Assembly: GCA_977016875.1 (NCBI GenBank)
Contig: CDRNST010000005.1
Span: 248,001-312,000, forward strand
Source: Pavona decussata
Lineage: Eukaryota
DNA length: 64,000 bases
Direction: 5' to 3'
Positions 1 to 12,841 of this stretch are shown piece after piece (within the stretch, counting starts at the first letter, position 1; each line of letters opens with the position of its first letter). A program made the translations under genes and the position numbers. The notes beneath the pieces are model-generated. The model was not told where the DNA came from. It worked only from the letters and a program-made list of their open reading frames with translations, and ran no database searches.

Positions 1-455
1 AATTTTTGCATGTTCTCATGTGGAAACCAGGTTTACTTTTGTATGTAGTCATATCCTTTTACTTGTCAGTGTGCAATTACCATGTTTTACATAGGATACC
101 CTGGAATTCCAAGGGTGGCACCACTGCCTTGGTCGGGGGTACACGTTCCCCATTTTTTTCCACCTGCTGGTTTTTAAGGGTTTTTGTGTAGGCGGCTTTG
201 GTGCACTTACTTTTCCTTAATCATAATTGACTTTTATAAGCATATTAAAGCTAAATAAATGGCAAATTGGTGGCTTGGCTGGCCAATGTGACCAGATCTC
301 ATCATTTTGTGTGCCCCGTTGAGCAATGGAGGCAAAATTTGAATTTTACCATAGTCTTTTTATTAGTTGTCATAGAATTGGCCAAATTCATTTTTTGACA
401 TTAGTACAAAAAAGGATAAGGAATTTGAAAATAAAACAACAAAATCTCCACTTAC

Positions 456-943
456 TTTTCCCATGGCCTACTCTGCCTGCTACAAATGTCACAGACCCAG
501 TTGCCCCTGGACTGGGTATAGAGAAGTGAAGTGTCCACTAGTTGTAACTCATGAATGTGAATAGGGTGCTGCCGTGGCTCAAAACAGCTGCGACAAATGT
601 CAAATTCAATGCAGGTGGGGCAATGATAAGAAAACGTTTCTCTTAGTTCAGTACTTGTCTTTTTGCAGACTTCACATTTCCAGTGCCCACTCTGATTTTG
701 ATTTAACAGCCTGCTAGTTTCGACGTAAAACAGTGGATGTTGATGTGCTAAAGTGTTTTGTTGTACATTTGCCTGCACACATGAATAGCACAAATCAAAG
801 GAGCATGGTGTGCAGTGATAGGGATATTGAGTTGCATTACACGCTCTGTCACAATGGTCACATTTCCAGTGTCCTGAATAAGCACTGTAAACTTCCAAAG
901 GATTCACCTGGTGTAACTCATGTTCATGGAGTAAAGTATGCAT
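456..943 (-). CDS. First coding exon of a tandem Cys/His-rich DC1/C1-like (ZZ-related) zinc-finger repeat protein; gene continues beyond the left edge
   Basis: Three repeats of HxHxL..WxCDxC..YHCxxCxFDxCxxC (third one interrupted). Acceptor tttgtgcctacag just above 1025. In-frame stop upstream of ATG 943. GTAAG donor at 455-451, so the ORF-track stop at 452 is intronic. Confidence 0.8.
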
Positions 944-1097
944 CTTTCCAACAATTTTGTTTTCAACCAGTTAACAATATTATTCTTTGGGAACATTTGC
1001 GCAAATCTTCCAATAATTATTAGATCTGTAGGCACAAAGAAACAAACATTGTAACTACTTACGTAAATTAAGATTACTGAAGCAAATTAATTACTCT

Positions 1098-1420
1098 TAA
1101 TAATAAATAATAATAAATAAGATATTTTAACAGGGAGCCCACGTCACAAAATGTGGTTTTCAGTGAGGCCCTGCATAAACCTAACGTAAGAATACAAAAA
1201 AAATTACAAATATAGCTATCTAAAAAATAAAAAGTAAAAAGGATAAGATTGATAAAAGAGTCTACATGTTTCTAATGAGACGTCTAAAAACTAAAAAATT
1301 GGAAATGTTCCTAATGCCATCTGGGAGAGCGTTCCAGTCATCTACCGCATGACAAATAATGGGCATTAAGAATCTAAATGAGCATGACATGGCAAGTTGA
1401 GTCTTTTAAAAACAGACTTA
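1098..1420 (-). mobile_element. 3' tail of an L2/CR1-type LINE
   Basis: (AATAAAT)n simple-repeat tail followed by a LINE-like 3' UTR and decayed ORF2 end; recognised by pattern only. Confidence 0.4.
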
Positions 1421-2159
1421 AAACCTTTTTACTGGATTTTGAGTTTACATGAATGATCTTGAATTTAATTTCTTTTTGTAATCTAATCTTTTTTTTACAT
1501 TATGATTCACTATTATAAGAGCATTGAGGTATTTATGTAATGTGCTAGAAACAAATTATTGTTCTTCTTCTTCTTATTGCTTTTATTACTATCATTATTA
1601 TAAATGACTTATTCTTGTCCACCACTTCAGCCATGCTGCTTGAGAAAAGCATATTGGATTGAATGCAGACATTTCATTACACTTGTATAAGTTTTAATGA
1701 TTGCAATCAGAACAAGTGCAGTGGCATTGATTGGTTAAAAAGCTAATTCAAAAGTTGCCTACTCTATATCCAAAACACCTTAAAGACAGTTAAGAGGAGA
1801 TCGATCACTGCAGTTGTAAGTTGGCAGAAAAAAGATTTTAAGATTTACGCCCAGCAAATTGTTACTCAATCAACAGAATATGCTCAAAATTGGAAGCATT
1901 TCCTCTACTAGATAAAAAAAAAACGCTGTTTCTACTTCCACAGTAATTGATGGAAAATACACCAAATAGAAATCTAAGGTCTAAAAATTAAATGTACAGG
2001 ACTGATGCACCAATCGCTTCTTACAGTCTTCACAACCAATAACATCACAGCTTACTGACCAACAACCAATAACATTGTTCCATGTAGTTTGCTGACTATT
2101 AAATCACTGAGGTCAACAACCAGAGACTTAGTACCAACTAATGTTGATCCTCAATAATT

Positions 2160-2260
2160 TCAGTCTTCACTCGCCATGATGATTTTCCCTCAGGTTGCTG
2201 AAATATCAGTGAATGTCACCTCAAACAGTCCTTCTCAGGACTACACTCACCTGGATGATT
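2160..2260 (+). mobile_element. Degenerate Penelope-like terminal repeat (decayed hammerhead motif)
   Basis: catgatgattttccctcaggttgctgaaatatcag...cagtccttctcaggactacactcacc is a decayed CTGATGA-stem-GAAA arrangement. Related copies at about 14050-14104 (minus) and about 24545-24590. Confidence 0.45.
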
Positions 2261-3460
2261 CTAATTTATCTACTGAAGAGGCTCACATTAGTAGCCGGCA
2301 GCCAGCTGGTGTGACTCCCACTACAATGAAGATAGCCAGCTACTTTGGGTTTAAAAGTGACCAAAATATGACAAGATGCATGGCATACTTTATTTTGTTG
2401 ACCTTTGGCTACTCTCCTTGTGGAGTCAATTAACTTTTCCAAAGTTTAATGACAACTTGGAGTGTTATGTATTGAGTCATACATAAAAATTATGCACATG
2501 ATGTGTGCTACAATAACTATACCTAAAGTTACTTTCTGGTGCATTAGTTATTTTCTGAGGCATGGGCATGCATTTATTTCTAGATACTCATTTAGTTATT
2601 GTCCTTCATCTACTAACTAAGCTAACTCACCCAGCATAACTCTGTTACAAAATTTACATGACTGTCACATGTAAATCTCATAATTTTCCCAAATCAAAAT
2701 CTTTCACATTCACTTTCATGTAATTGCACAGAACCCTTTTAATTGCTGTTTGTTTTCTAATATATTACCAAAGGAATATTACCTTTATATTAGTACATCC
2801 AATTTTTAGCTCATATTGGCCAGTAGCCAATTTTGCAAAATATGTAACAAGCTGTAGATTTCCCCTATGGTTTGTTCAAAGGACTTTTTACATGTAGTCT
2901 AAAATAGCAAACAGGGAAGGGGCAATTACTGCACTTATTATTTTGGCCAGCATCCTTTGGCAATTATAGACATTTTAAAACTACCTTATATATACATATA
3001 TATTTCTGTAACAATAAAATCACTTTTTTAAATAATTTAGGCCAAATTTGTCAATTCAAATTTGATAACCAAAATAGGTCTTTTGCAGCAATTGTTCATG
3101 TGATCAACCGCCGTGAAACTTTAAGCTGAAGCTAAATGACTTCCACAAGTAGAAAGAGCACGTTTTCATTAGTGAAAACACAATTTTCAGAGTCATACAT
3201 AGGTGAGATTTTGAAATTTGTGATGGTTTGGATATATACTTGCAAAATGGAGGGCAATGCTTCTTCTTCCCACACAAATCTTTCTAAGTTCAAACAGCAA
3301 GTAGAAAGCCCCCTTAAGGCCTGAAAATTTACATACTCTAGCTAATTTCCATATGCTCATTCCATCCCTGTCCAAAAACTCATTATAATTCATAAGCCCA
3401 TAGACCTATCAAATGGTCGATAATACATCATGTGCAGTGACTTTATATCAATCAACCTCC

Positions 3461-3605
3461 TCCTTATTGGTATGCAGTGTTTTATCAGCCGATAAAACAC
3501 TCCTCATTAGTATGCGGTGTTTTATCAGCCGATAAAACACTCCTCATTAATATGCAGTGTTTTTATAGCCGAGAAAACACTTCTCATTAGTATACAGCGT
3601 TTTTC
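3461..3605. repeat. 40-bp minisatellite (about 3.5 units), each unit with an internal palindrome GTGTTTTATC-agcc-GATAAAACAC
   Basis: tttatcagccgataaaacac recurs at 3481 and 3521, degenerate at 3561. Confidence 0.8.
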
Positions 3606-4929
3606 TCGTATGCTAATTTCCAATGTTCACTAAAGCATAAATATATTGTTGACACATGCTTAATTCCAGGCCTGGAATGCTTTTGAAGCCGTTCAAAAAA
3701 CTTGCAACCATGTTTTATCGGGTCTAAAACCAACCCGATAAAACACTCCTGCTCGATTTTTAAACATTACATAAAATCATTTCTTCAAAATGGATTGCTT
3801 GTATGTTTATGGAAAAGTAGTCAAGTGACCCACTGTTACAAAAGGCCTATAACATAACAGCTTAGGGATAGTAGGTTGTTGGTACAAGCATGTTACTACA
3901 AGGACAGTTGCAACTTTTCTTGTACAACAAAAATCACCCCTTTCAACAAGCTGTGGCCAACACTGTATGTTTCCTAAGAAATCCTGCAAATTTGCATCCT
4001 GTTTGACAAACATGTTTGAAATCTCTGTGATATTACGGCAATAAAATCATACTTAAATTGCCACTACTTTACACATGCGATTTAAAACTGTAACTTCAGC
4101 TAGAAAAAGCTTACATTAAAAAGTGCAACAAAAATTGGAAAAAAATTGCATGTACAAATACAGGCTTGACATTTTTAACCCAAAGCAAAAACAATCTTAT
4201 CTAGACCAAGATAGAACTGATCATGTATGGACGTTATTACTTTTCTAAGCAGCTATACAATTCAAACTTAAGAAAACATTAATTCACAAAACGTAAGAGG
4301 TAGTCATTCCATAGAAAATGATGTGGTAAATCTGCAGATAAAATCAATATCATCATCAAAGTTGCTTCCAATTTCGCTTGCTAATGATGAAACAAAACTA
4401 AGCTTGGATTCTGTTGACTAACACGTATAAAAGTTATAAGTCATAACATTGCAGCACAAATGCTACAAAAGGAAAGATTTTATAAACACACACAATAGTA
4501 TACTTGAACATTCTACTGTAGTTCACTTACAACAAGACATAAGACTTACATTTCTTTTCAAAGCTAACCTACTGATAAATTTGTTCTTCAGTTTGTAAGC
4601 TAATATAGTGAACTCAAAGAATTACGAATACCGTACATAAAATTAACCTTATTTCCCTGCCGATGTTTGCAAAAGCTTAAATTCCAACAATCAGTAATAA
4701 AAACATTTCGTAAATGGTTTATCGTTAATTTAACATAAGCTTGTACCATTAGCTTATGTAGAGTCTTCCACCGTACAAATTACATAAAATTTCAATCACT
4801 TGGTTGTATCCCACGAAAGTACATTTAGGATAAATTGATCGATCGTATTTAGCGTGTAAGAAGTTGCTTGAACAGCAAGAATATTGAATTCTGATAGGAA
4901 GCGATAACAACAACCTTCGGTTAAGCCGG

Positions 4930-5230
4930 TGAGTCCGCCATTTTGAAAGAGAAACGTTGCAAACAAGACCTTACCGTTTAGTTGAGGCGAAATATCGTGA
5001 CGCTGCGGATACTTCATTCACACAAAATGAAAATGACTTCAACTATCGTGGAAGTTGAAAGTGGAGTACCTGGTAAACACAAAAATATAAAACACTATCC
5101 GCGTATCGTAAACGAACAAGTCGCCTGGGAAAAGTCCCAATGACGTCGGGGGAGGGGTAGGATGGGGGAAATACCGGGCTTCGGGCACCGGGGCACGTAT
5201 CTCCATGAGAAAATTGCGGGGAAAATTGCC
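4930..5230 (-). promoter_or_regulatory. Putative promoter and non-coding first exon of the DC1-repeat gene
   Basis: GC/CpG-richer island. YY1-type CCGCCATTTTG at 4935. Minus-strand donor GTAAG at 4974-4970. kB-like GGGAAAAGTCCC 5127-5138, GGGAAATACC 5166-5175, GGGGAAAATTGCC 5218-5230. CRE-like TGACGTCG 5141-5148. Confidence 0.5.
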
Positions 5231-6416
5231 TTGTCCAAACTTTCTTGAAGTACACGGGATATGGTGTGATACTACGTATTCCTTTAGTTTTCCTTTTTTG
5301 GGGTTAAATTCTTCCTCTTCGTACGACGCATTTAGTACATGTAGTAACAAGTACAAGCGCGCGTGCTGGTCATCCGCTGTCAGCAGATACAAATCAGATC
5401 ACGTCATTACAGCGTCATTACAATATTTAGTTTCTTTTTCGTCGCTTGCGAAAAGCTGGGAACGAGGAAGATGTACAGTGACGAAGCTAGCGTCCCTGGG
5501 GTTATATTTGACGGCAAGGACAAATGTTTTATCGATACAAAAAATAAAGAAATAGAACGCTCATTCAAATAGTCTTGCACTAAAGTTAATATGTTCCGGC
5601 TCAAACACGACTGACAACTCAATCATTTCAAATCATGTGTCTACTTTCATTTACAGTTTGTGGTTCAGCAAGATGGAGTGAATATTAGACAATTGGATAA
5701 CCAGTGTCCATGGTTAACTTTGTATGAGAACGTGTCACTCAGGTCACAGAACTGTGTCCGTTGTCCGTATTGACAGATGTACGTATTAAGCGGGCCGAAT
5801 ATCAAGAGAACTATATGAGCTTTTAGTCCGACAAACCTGAGAACTGTCAATAACAAGCGGGTGTCCGTAAAACGGGTTTCCAGTGTAAAAACAGATTAAT
5901 CCTTCCAAGGTTTGATACGTATATCCCCCACTAAAATTGGTGGTTCGTGTTTTCCCCAAGAATGGTTTTCATAACCGAAGCGAAACAAAAATAGAGCCTG
6001 ATCACAGGCTAATTTAGTCAGTCTTCGGAAAACTGGGAGAAGAGGAACTATTATCGTCGGACTGGAACATGTAAACAAACTAAATCATCGCTGCAAGCGA
6101 AACAGTAGCAATCCTTTTATAAGAACTCGGGTAAAAGCTACTGATTAATACTTTTCATTTCGAATCTTCCCGCCTATTCTGAAAGAAGCATTCAGTACGA
6201 TTCAGAAAGTAGGTTCGGATGCCCGATATAACTACTTCCGGTTCACTGCTATTGTGCAGGCTGTTGGATGTAGTATCAGTTTCCAGTTTAAATATTTTAC
6301 GCCATCCAACTTATAAGATGCATAAAATAGAATCTCTACTTTTTTACCTTCATCCTTCCTGTCCTTTGTATAGAGTCCTCTTATGTTTACCGGATGCTCT
6401 GCTTCTCAGAAGTCCC

Positions 6417-6628
6417 CAATCTCGTACCCAGAGTCCTCAGGCTTTTTGGTCAGCGGATGGGCTCCACCCAGGAGAGTCGAAAAATTTAAATTTTTTGATT
6501 GGCTGTCCCGTAACAGTTTGCATTGTTTTACCGCAGAAATCCTGCGGTAATAAAATTCCAGTTCCCCAGAGTCTCTCCTGGCGACCAACCGCTAGCCAAA
6601 GAGCCTGAGGACTCTGGGTACGAGACTG
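6417..6628. mobile_element. MITE with about 40-bp TIRs (CAATCTCGTACCCAGAGTCCTCAGGCT) and a degenerate 9-bp TSD
   Basis: Ends are reverse complements. Flanks agaagtccc / agtagtcgc match 7/9. Internal hairpin ttaccgcag-aaatc-ctgcggtaa. Confidence 0.8.
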
Positions 6629-6840
6629 AGTAGTCGCAGTCGGATCAGGTTGCAATACATTGTGGGTAAGACTTTATTTGAACTGGAGGCTTTCCATCAG
6701 GGCCACCAGGGGACTGAGTCGAGTTTCAAGTTTTATCCAACTTATACATTGACACCACCATATGAAAGGAGTGGTACTGTTTAGTTGAATAATACCCAAG
6801 TTATGGCCTTGAAACATGCCCCAAATCAATACAATTGTCT

Positions 6841-7051
6841 CTGATTTTGAGACGGCGTCCCCCAAAACCATATAAACTCTCAAAAGTTTTATTATTTCTG
6901 TGATATACTTAAAATTTTATAAACGTAGTAATTTTCAACTCAGTTTCTTTCAAAATGATAGCTATCCGTGACAGGATTTTACACTGGGTAACAAAAATGA
7001 GCAACTTTTTAAGAATTTGTATGGTTTTGGGGGACGCCGTCTAAAAATTAG
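6841..7051. mobile_element. MITE/foldback with about 48-bp imperfect inverted repeats
   Basis: agacggcgtcccccaaaaccata at about 6850 versus tatggttttgggggacgccgtct at about 7020-7042. Confidence 0.7.
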
Positions 7052-8048
7052 CTATAGAGCAGTAGAGACTTATTTGCTAGCCTGTGTAACTTGGTTGTTA
7101 TTTGACTAAACAACGCCAGACTTGGTCAAATGACTAATCTTAACGTGATCTTTTATATGGTAGTGCCAGTTTATAAATGAGATAAAATTTGCGACTCCAC
7201 CCAGTCCCTTTCTCAACCTCAAAGTGGCCTATGGGATTCTTCGAATTTGTTGGTCAAAAACATGGAATTTTCGGGATCGATCACAGTCCCGTTCAAGCCT
7301 GAATTTTCAGGTTTTCTGTGTGGTCTTTTAGGCCGAAGGGTATATTCGTTGTTCAATGTTTATTGCCGGAGTGCCAGAAACTAATTCTTCGCGAGCGACC
7401 ACAAGAGAATTGACTCGTTCCTCCCCAGTGTGGGTAGGGTAGGTTCTATTTCAAAGGATCTAGGAAGCAAAGCAACAACCACTCCGAGTTTGTTTCAAAT
7501 ATATACTTTTATTTCATTCATTAAGCAAAATCCTGAATATCGCCAGCAAAGACTGGGCATTGTTAGCCTGTGTAGTAAACAAACTGCTCTAACAATCGCC
7601 CCAGGCTGTCACGCAATGATGTGCAATGGAGCATAATTCAAGTTTCAAGTTTCAAGTTTTATTAAGTTTTTCAAACGTTACTTACAAATGAACACCGCCT
7701 GCAAATAGCGAGCTAATCTAGGCAGTCGATGTTAAGGACATACATAACCGAATTACTATATACTTAGTATCAATATACTCAGTATCAATATGCATAATCA
7801 TTATTGTTTTAGCATTATTGTCACCATTGTCATTGTCATCATGCTAGTCATTCTGTAGATGTAAGTTTATTCTGACTTTTACCAATTTAATTATCAATAA
7901 TTGTTACTTTCTGAGTTGACGTGATGATTGGACTACAAGCGTGGCTTAATGTTTACCACCTTGGTGACAAAAAGGTTTTTTGCTACTACGCGCGAATAGA
8001 TTGTAGATGGCAGGATTTATTTCTAAAACGCATTTCAATTATTAATAT

Positions 8049-8515
8049 TCTTACAGAAATATGACATTCAATAAGAAACCCCCAAATACTACCAGCTTTA
8101 TCAACTTGTACTGTTGTTGATTCAGTAACGCTTAAAAGCAATTATAAAAGACTGAGAATGGTTAGCCTGTGCAGCGTGAAAAAAGCCTCTTAGAGGTATC
8201 CTGAATGAGTCTGTCCATTACCGTGATATGCGATAAAGTGAAAGCATCTTATTTAAAATAAATTAAAACTATCCAATAAAAGAAGTTAAATAGTCCATAG
8301 GCAACAATAAAAGCTATTATTTTGGCTTTTTCAGTCTTACAGGAATATGACATTCAATAAAATGGTTAGTCTGTGCAGCGTGAAAAAAGCCTCTTGGAGA
8401 TATTCTGACTGTCCACTACCGTGATATGGAATAAAATGAAAGGATCTTATGTAAAATAAATTAAAACTATCCAATAAAAGAAGTTAAATAGTCCATAGGC
8501 AGCAATAAAAGCTAT
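8049..8515 (-). repeat. Tandem duplication of the channel gene's M4-coding end plus proximal 3' UTR
   Basis: 8335-8515 is repeated at 8049-8317 with about 80 bp extra. The copy reads [22 protein letters not shown]. Confidence 0.85.
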
Positions 8516-8740
8516 CCTCGCCACAAACTCCACATCATAAATCTTTTTAGTGTCGCCATCTTGAGATGGCGACTTGTCTTTGTTTGTTTTAAAATTATAT
8601 TCACTCTCCGCCTGCACTCTGTTGACTTCTTTTCGTGAATATAATCCACCCATGAAAGGTGTGTAATCACTTGCTAAGTTGGACGATGAACTTTGCAGCT
8701 TTTTTGTAAGAAATGGGGATTTGATCCATAAGATGCCTCT
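8447..8740 (-). CDS. Cys-loop channel exon 8 (intracellular loop + M4, stop)
   Basis: Acceptor ttacag, in frame with the ORF ending [24 protein letters not shown]. Confidence 0.85.
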   Translation of the reverse strand, partial: RGILWIKSPFLTKKLQSSSSNLASDYTPFMGGLYSRKEVNRVQAESEYNFKTNKDKSPSQDGDTKKIYDVEFVARIAFIAAYGLFNFFYWIVLIYFT

Positions 8741-11700
8741 CTGTAATCAGAAAAGTAGGCATAAATTACAATAGTGCTTTCTTTTTTCCATGACCCCAAG
8801 AGGGGAAAATGGGCAGGAATAAATTTCAGTAGAATAAAATATAAATATTAAGTGCGTTCATATTAAAGATGCCATGCGTAATAAATGGGGTTTGATGGCA
8901 AAGAAAATGTGAATAAGGACCTTGTTTTAAGTTTAAGTTTATTAAAAGATTTAAACACCTACAAAGAGAAGATAAGCACTGCTCGCAGTTAGCTAAAGCT
9001 TTTCGAGGCGAGTAGTGGTTTTGACGCATAACAAATAACAGCAGTTCAATCGTACAGAATTTAAAAGAAATAACTTACAATACAGTAGCAGGTAAAACAA
9101 GAGAATAGGAAATTAATTTCAAACACATTTTAGCACTGCGAATGGATTGGCTTATGACCTTATGCACCTTATTTTCTTTGCCCCCATCTGGACTAAATAC
9201 AGCCTAAATAGCTTTGAGCTACTTTGCCTGTAGCAGGATATGCAGACTTCCATTTTTCTTAACCAGGTATTGCCGGTTTGATCTGATAGTTTTTCGAAAC
9301 TCGCAAAAGAACTGCTTTACAGACTCGCTTGTTAAAGAGTAGTTTATACTATGGTAAACGCGCCGAAGGCCTTAGGCCCTAGAAAAATTTATATTTAAAA
9401 ATTGAAGCTTTTTGGTAAAAGATTCGAAAGGGGTAAACCGGAGTACCCGAAGAAAACCCTCTTGAAGCAAAGATATCACATCACACCACTTTGGAAGGAG
9501 GCGAGTGCTTTCACCCCATGCATCACTGCTCCTGCTCCCCTAAACTCACATTCACACGGCCGAGGAGGTGTTTAAATCGGTGCTACCATACTTAATTCAA
9601 GGAAATGGTTATAAAACTCGACAAACTTCTCTGTTATATGTTTTTGTTTGCCTTTTTGGCCTTAACCCTGCACAAAAAACAATAGAATTTGGATTTCGAA
9701 GCGTTTCTGTGAAGATATTTAACTATGGTGTGAACGTTACTGTAAACAAAGGATTGTGCAGGGTCACGGCCCTTAATTCCAACATAAATAGCAGGTTTCC
9801 AAACCAGTCCCTCAATTGACTTTAGTGCCACCGAGAAACAACTCTCGCTAGCGCCCAGGGTCCAGTTGTTCAAAGCCCGATGAAGCTAATTCTCGCTTAA
9901 CGTAAACTTTGATTCGAGTTTAATTACTTATTAATGAAGATTCTTCAAACACATTTTTGTTCCTCAGTTTGCCTAAAACTTTTCATTATCGTTAACTTAA
10001 AATAAGCTGAGAATTATGTATTCTTCAGTGATAACACAGGCAAACTCAGAAAAAGAAATTTCAAGTGCTCCTATCAGGAGTCGAACCTAAGACCTTCTGA
10101 TTACTAGTTCGGATGCTCTACCACTGAGCTACAGGAGACTCGTGGGAGCTAAGGCCATTTAACTAGGTTCATAGGACAAACATCCTGCGTACTGGTACTT
10201 TGGAATGTAAATGAGTAGCATGCGCGCAATGACAATTAGCTTTTAAAAATATTTTTAATGAGCGAGATGAACACCTCGGTTATTTTTTAACCAGAGATTA
10301 GCGTTAATCGGCTTTCGAACAACCGGACCCAAAGTGGGACTTGAAACTGGGACCTCAAGATTTCAGAGATTTCAAGACGTCTCTTAACTCCACTTGGCCA
10401 CGCTGCCTTCTCCCCAACTATAATGTCCAACATGGCGGGAAAGCCTTCAAACGGTTGATTCAAAACCTTAAATAGCTAAGAAAGTTTATTGCAAGAGATC
10501 TGGCGACGGAACGTATTCAGAACAGTTAATTTTGCGTCGTGTGGTCCCCTGCATCCAAAGGTTTTGTAAAGTTTATTACCTTTGCCCTTCCTTTGTGTAT
10601 AAGGCCAATAAATTCCAGCATTGTACACAGAACAAAAAAGAAAGATGTCATGAGGTACACATCAATGGCCTTCACGTACGAAACTCTCGGCATGGTCGAA
10701 TTTACCGCGCCCCAGATAGTTGCTATGGTGAGAAGAGTTGTAATGCACAGGGTCACACGGGCAGGTGTTGAGTGACTATCAACAAACAGTGACAGCCACG
10801 CTACTAATACCACTGCTATACAAGGAATGTATATTTGTATGACGTAGAATCCCATTCTCCTCTTGAATGTGAAGGTTACTTGAAGAACCGAATACTCGCC
10901 TGGAAAAGAACGACAAAAATTTAAGGAGATTCCACGACATAGGATTCACACTGAACTTAGTAGACGATGATGATGATGATGACGATAATGATGATTATTA
11001 TTATTGTTAGTAATGTTATTATTATTATTATTATTATTATTGGTTGCTTTTGTGAGAAGAGTTGTAATGATCCGAGTCAAGTAGCAGCCTCAGAGTATGT
11101 AGCATCTGTTAACATCTTTGGTCCATTAGCCCAACAAATAAAATCACAGGTGCACAAGCCACCAGACAAAAATGAAATGCACACTGTACAACGGGAGATG
11201 TGCCACGTGAAGAATCAATATCTGAAGGAAAAACTTGATGAGGTGAAGTGCTCGGTTTCTGGAAAAACTCTGAGAGCTGTGGACCTTGTTATCCAGAAAG
11301 GTGCCTCTAGTTGGCTTACCGTTCTGCCAATTAGAGATATGAACTTTGACCTAAACAAGAGTGAATTTCGTGATGCTGTGAAACTCAGGTACGACTGGGA
11401 AGATTACGGGTATGTTACCCCAACGCTGATTCTTATAGAGACCTGGAACTCAAGCAGATATACAAGCAGCATGAGAACGACAAGAAGAGATTGTATACGC
11501 AAAGAGTGATGGACGTGGAACAACATTTACACCATTAGTCTTTACAACAACAGGCGGCATGGGAGAGGAGTGCAAGAGATACCATGACAGGCTGGCAGAG
11601 CTAGTCGCAGTGAAGAAAGGAGAGAACTATGCCACCACTGTCTCTTGGATACGTTCTAAAGTCTCCTTTGCCATCCTTAGGTCGGCTTTACTCTGTCTTA

Positions 11701-11895
11701 GAGGGTCAAGAACAGTTAGAAGAGCAATTAGAAGCAATGTTCGAGAAGCGGACTTTGAATTAGATAGATGCCTCGCCAAAATCTAGGTCCTATGATTTTT
11801 ACACATACTTTTTCTTGTTTCTTTTCTTTTTGTCTCTATTATTATTATTATTAAAAAAAAAATTGTCTCTTTTTTCAAAATAAAAAAATTGTCTC

Positions 11896-11953
<58 letters not shown>

Positions 11954-12841
11954 ACTGTATCTAGTAGATTTTACTCTTGTAAATAACAAAGTTATTATTA
12001 TTATTATGCGCAGTAAACCTATCTGTATGCACAGTATAAGAAAGCACCACAGGGCGCGTAGCGTAACCTGTGAGCCAAGCGAAACTTAAAATAGTACGTT
12101 AAGTAGAGGATCCAACAAAGCACAAGATGCGAGATTGGATATCCATGCACGTGGATTCTGGGAGCAACGACGATTGGCATTCTTTGATGTATGGTTTGCC
12201 ACCCCAATGCTGAGTCGTATAAGGACCTGGAGCCGCAACAGATCTATCCTACGCACGAGAATGAGAAAAAGCGCCTGTACTCAAGGAGAGTTCTCGACAT
12301 TGAGCATGGAACATTTACACCTTTGGTCTTCACTACAACCGGCGGAATGGGCAATGAATGTTTGAGATACCATAGTCGATTAGCGGAGCTGATTGCTATC
12401 AAGAAAGGGGAGCAATATGCCAAAACCATGTCATGGATCAGATGCCGAATTTCATTCGCACTGTTAAGATCTGCACTCGTCTGTCTTAGAGGTTCTAGGA
12501 CATTAAGAAGAATTCAACGTGACATCAAGAACGCGGACATTGGCATTGAAACTGCAGAAGGGGCCATTTGAGAGATGCTTATCTTGTTTATTTTTTTTCT
12601 TTTCTTTTTATCATAGACAAGTGGAACTGATTTTAAAATGCCGAATTTAATTTTTTTTAAAAACTTCATGACATTTGTCTTTTTTTCTTTTTCTTTACGC
12701 TTGAAAATATTATCTTTCTTTTTAATCGGAATGAATTGTGAATAGGTTTTTTTAATAGCTCTTTTTTATAGACTTTTAACTTATTATAGCAATTTGTGTG
12801 GAGTATTTTAATAAAGAATTATTATATTTTTAATTAAAAAA

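Noticed and set aside
3461-3605. CRISPR-like palindromic repeat array (also 55261-55418 and 57321-57475)
   Set aside because: Units are contiguous with no unique spacers, there are no cas genes, and the context is eukaryotic.
5039-5622. Cluster of 70-117-aa ORFs on both strands
   Set aside because: No recognisable domain, frames do not join, and they overlap the putative promoter.
6219-6655. ORFs of 60-129 aa
   Set aside because: They run through a MITE whose inverted repeats generate the shared QSRTQSPQA peptide on both strands.
10069-10140. tRNA gene (Thr-like, minus)
   Set aside because: The anticodon arm is malformed (8-nt loop, mismatched stem) and it is embedded in a longer repeat; better explained as a SINE head.
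10526-10579. Stop at 10526 as the end of the channel
   Set aside because: It would lack M4; a phase-0 donor at 10579 joins in frame to the M4 exon.
10967-11040. Hydrophobic poly-Met/Ile N-terminus (also poly-N and poly-I ORFs at 11783 and 12808)
   Set aside because: Translation of ATG/ATT microsatellites.
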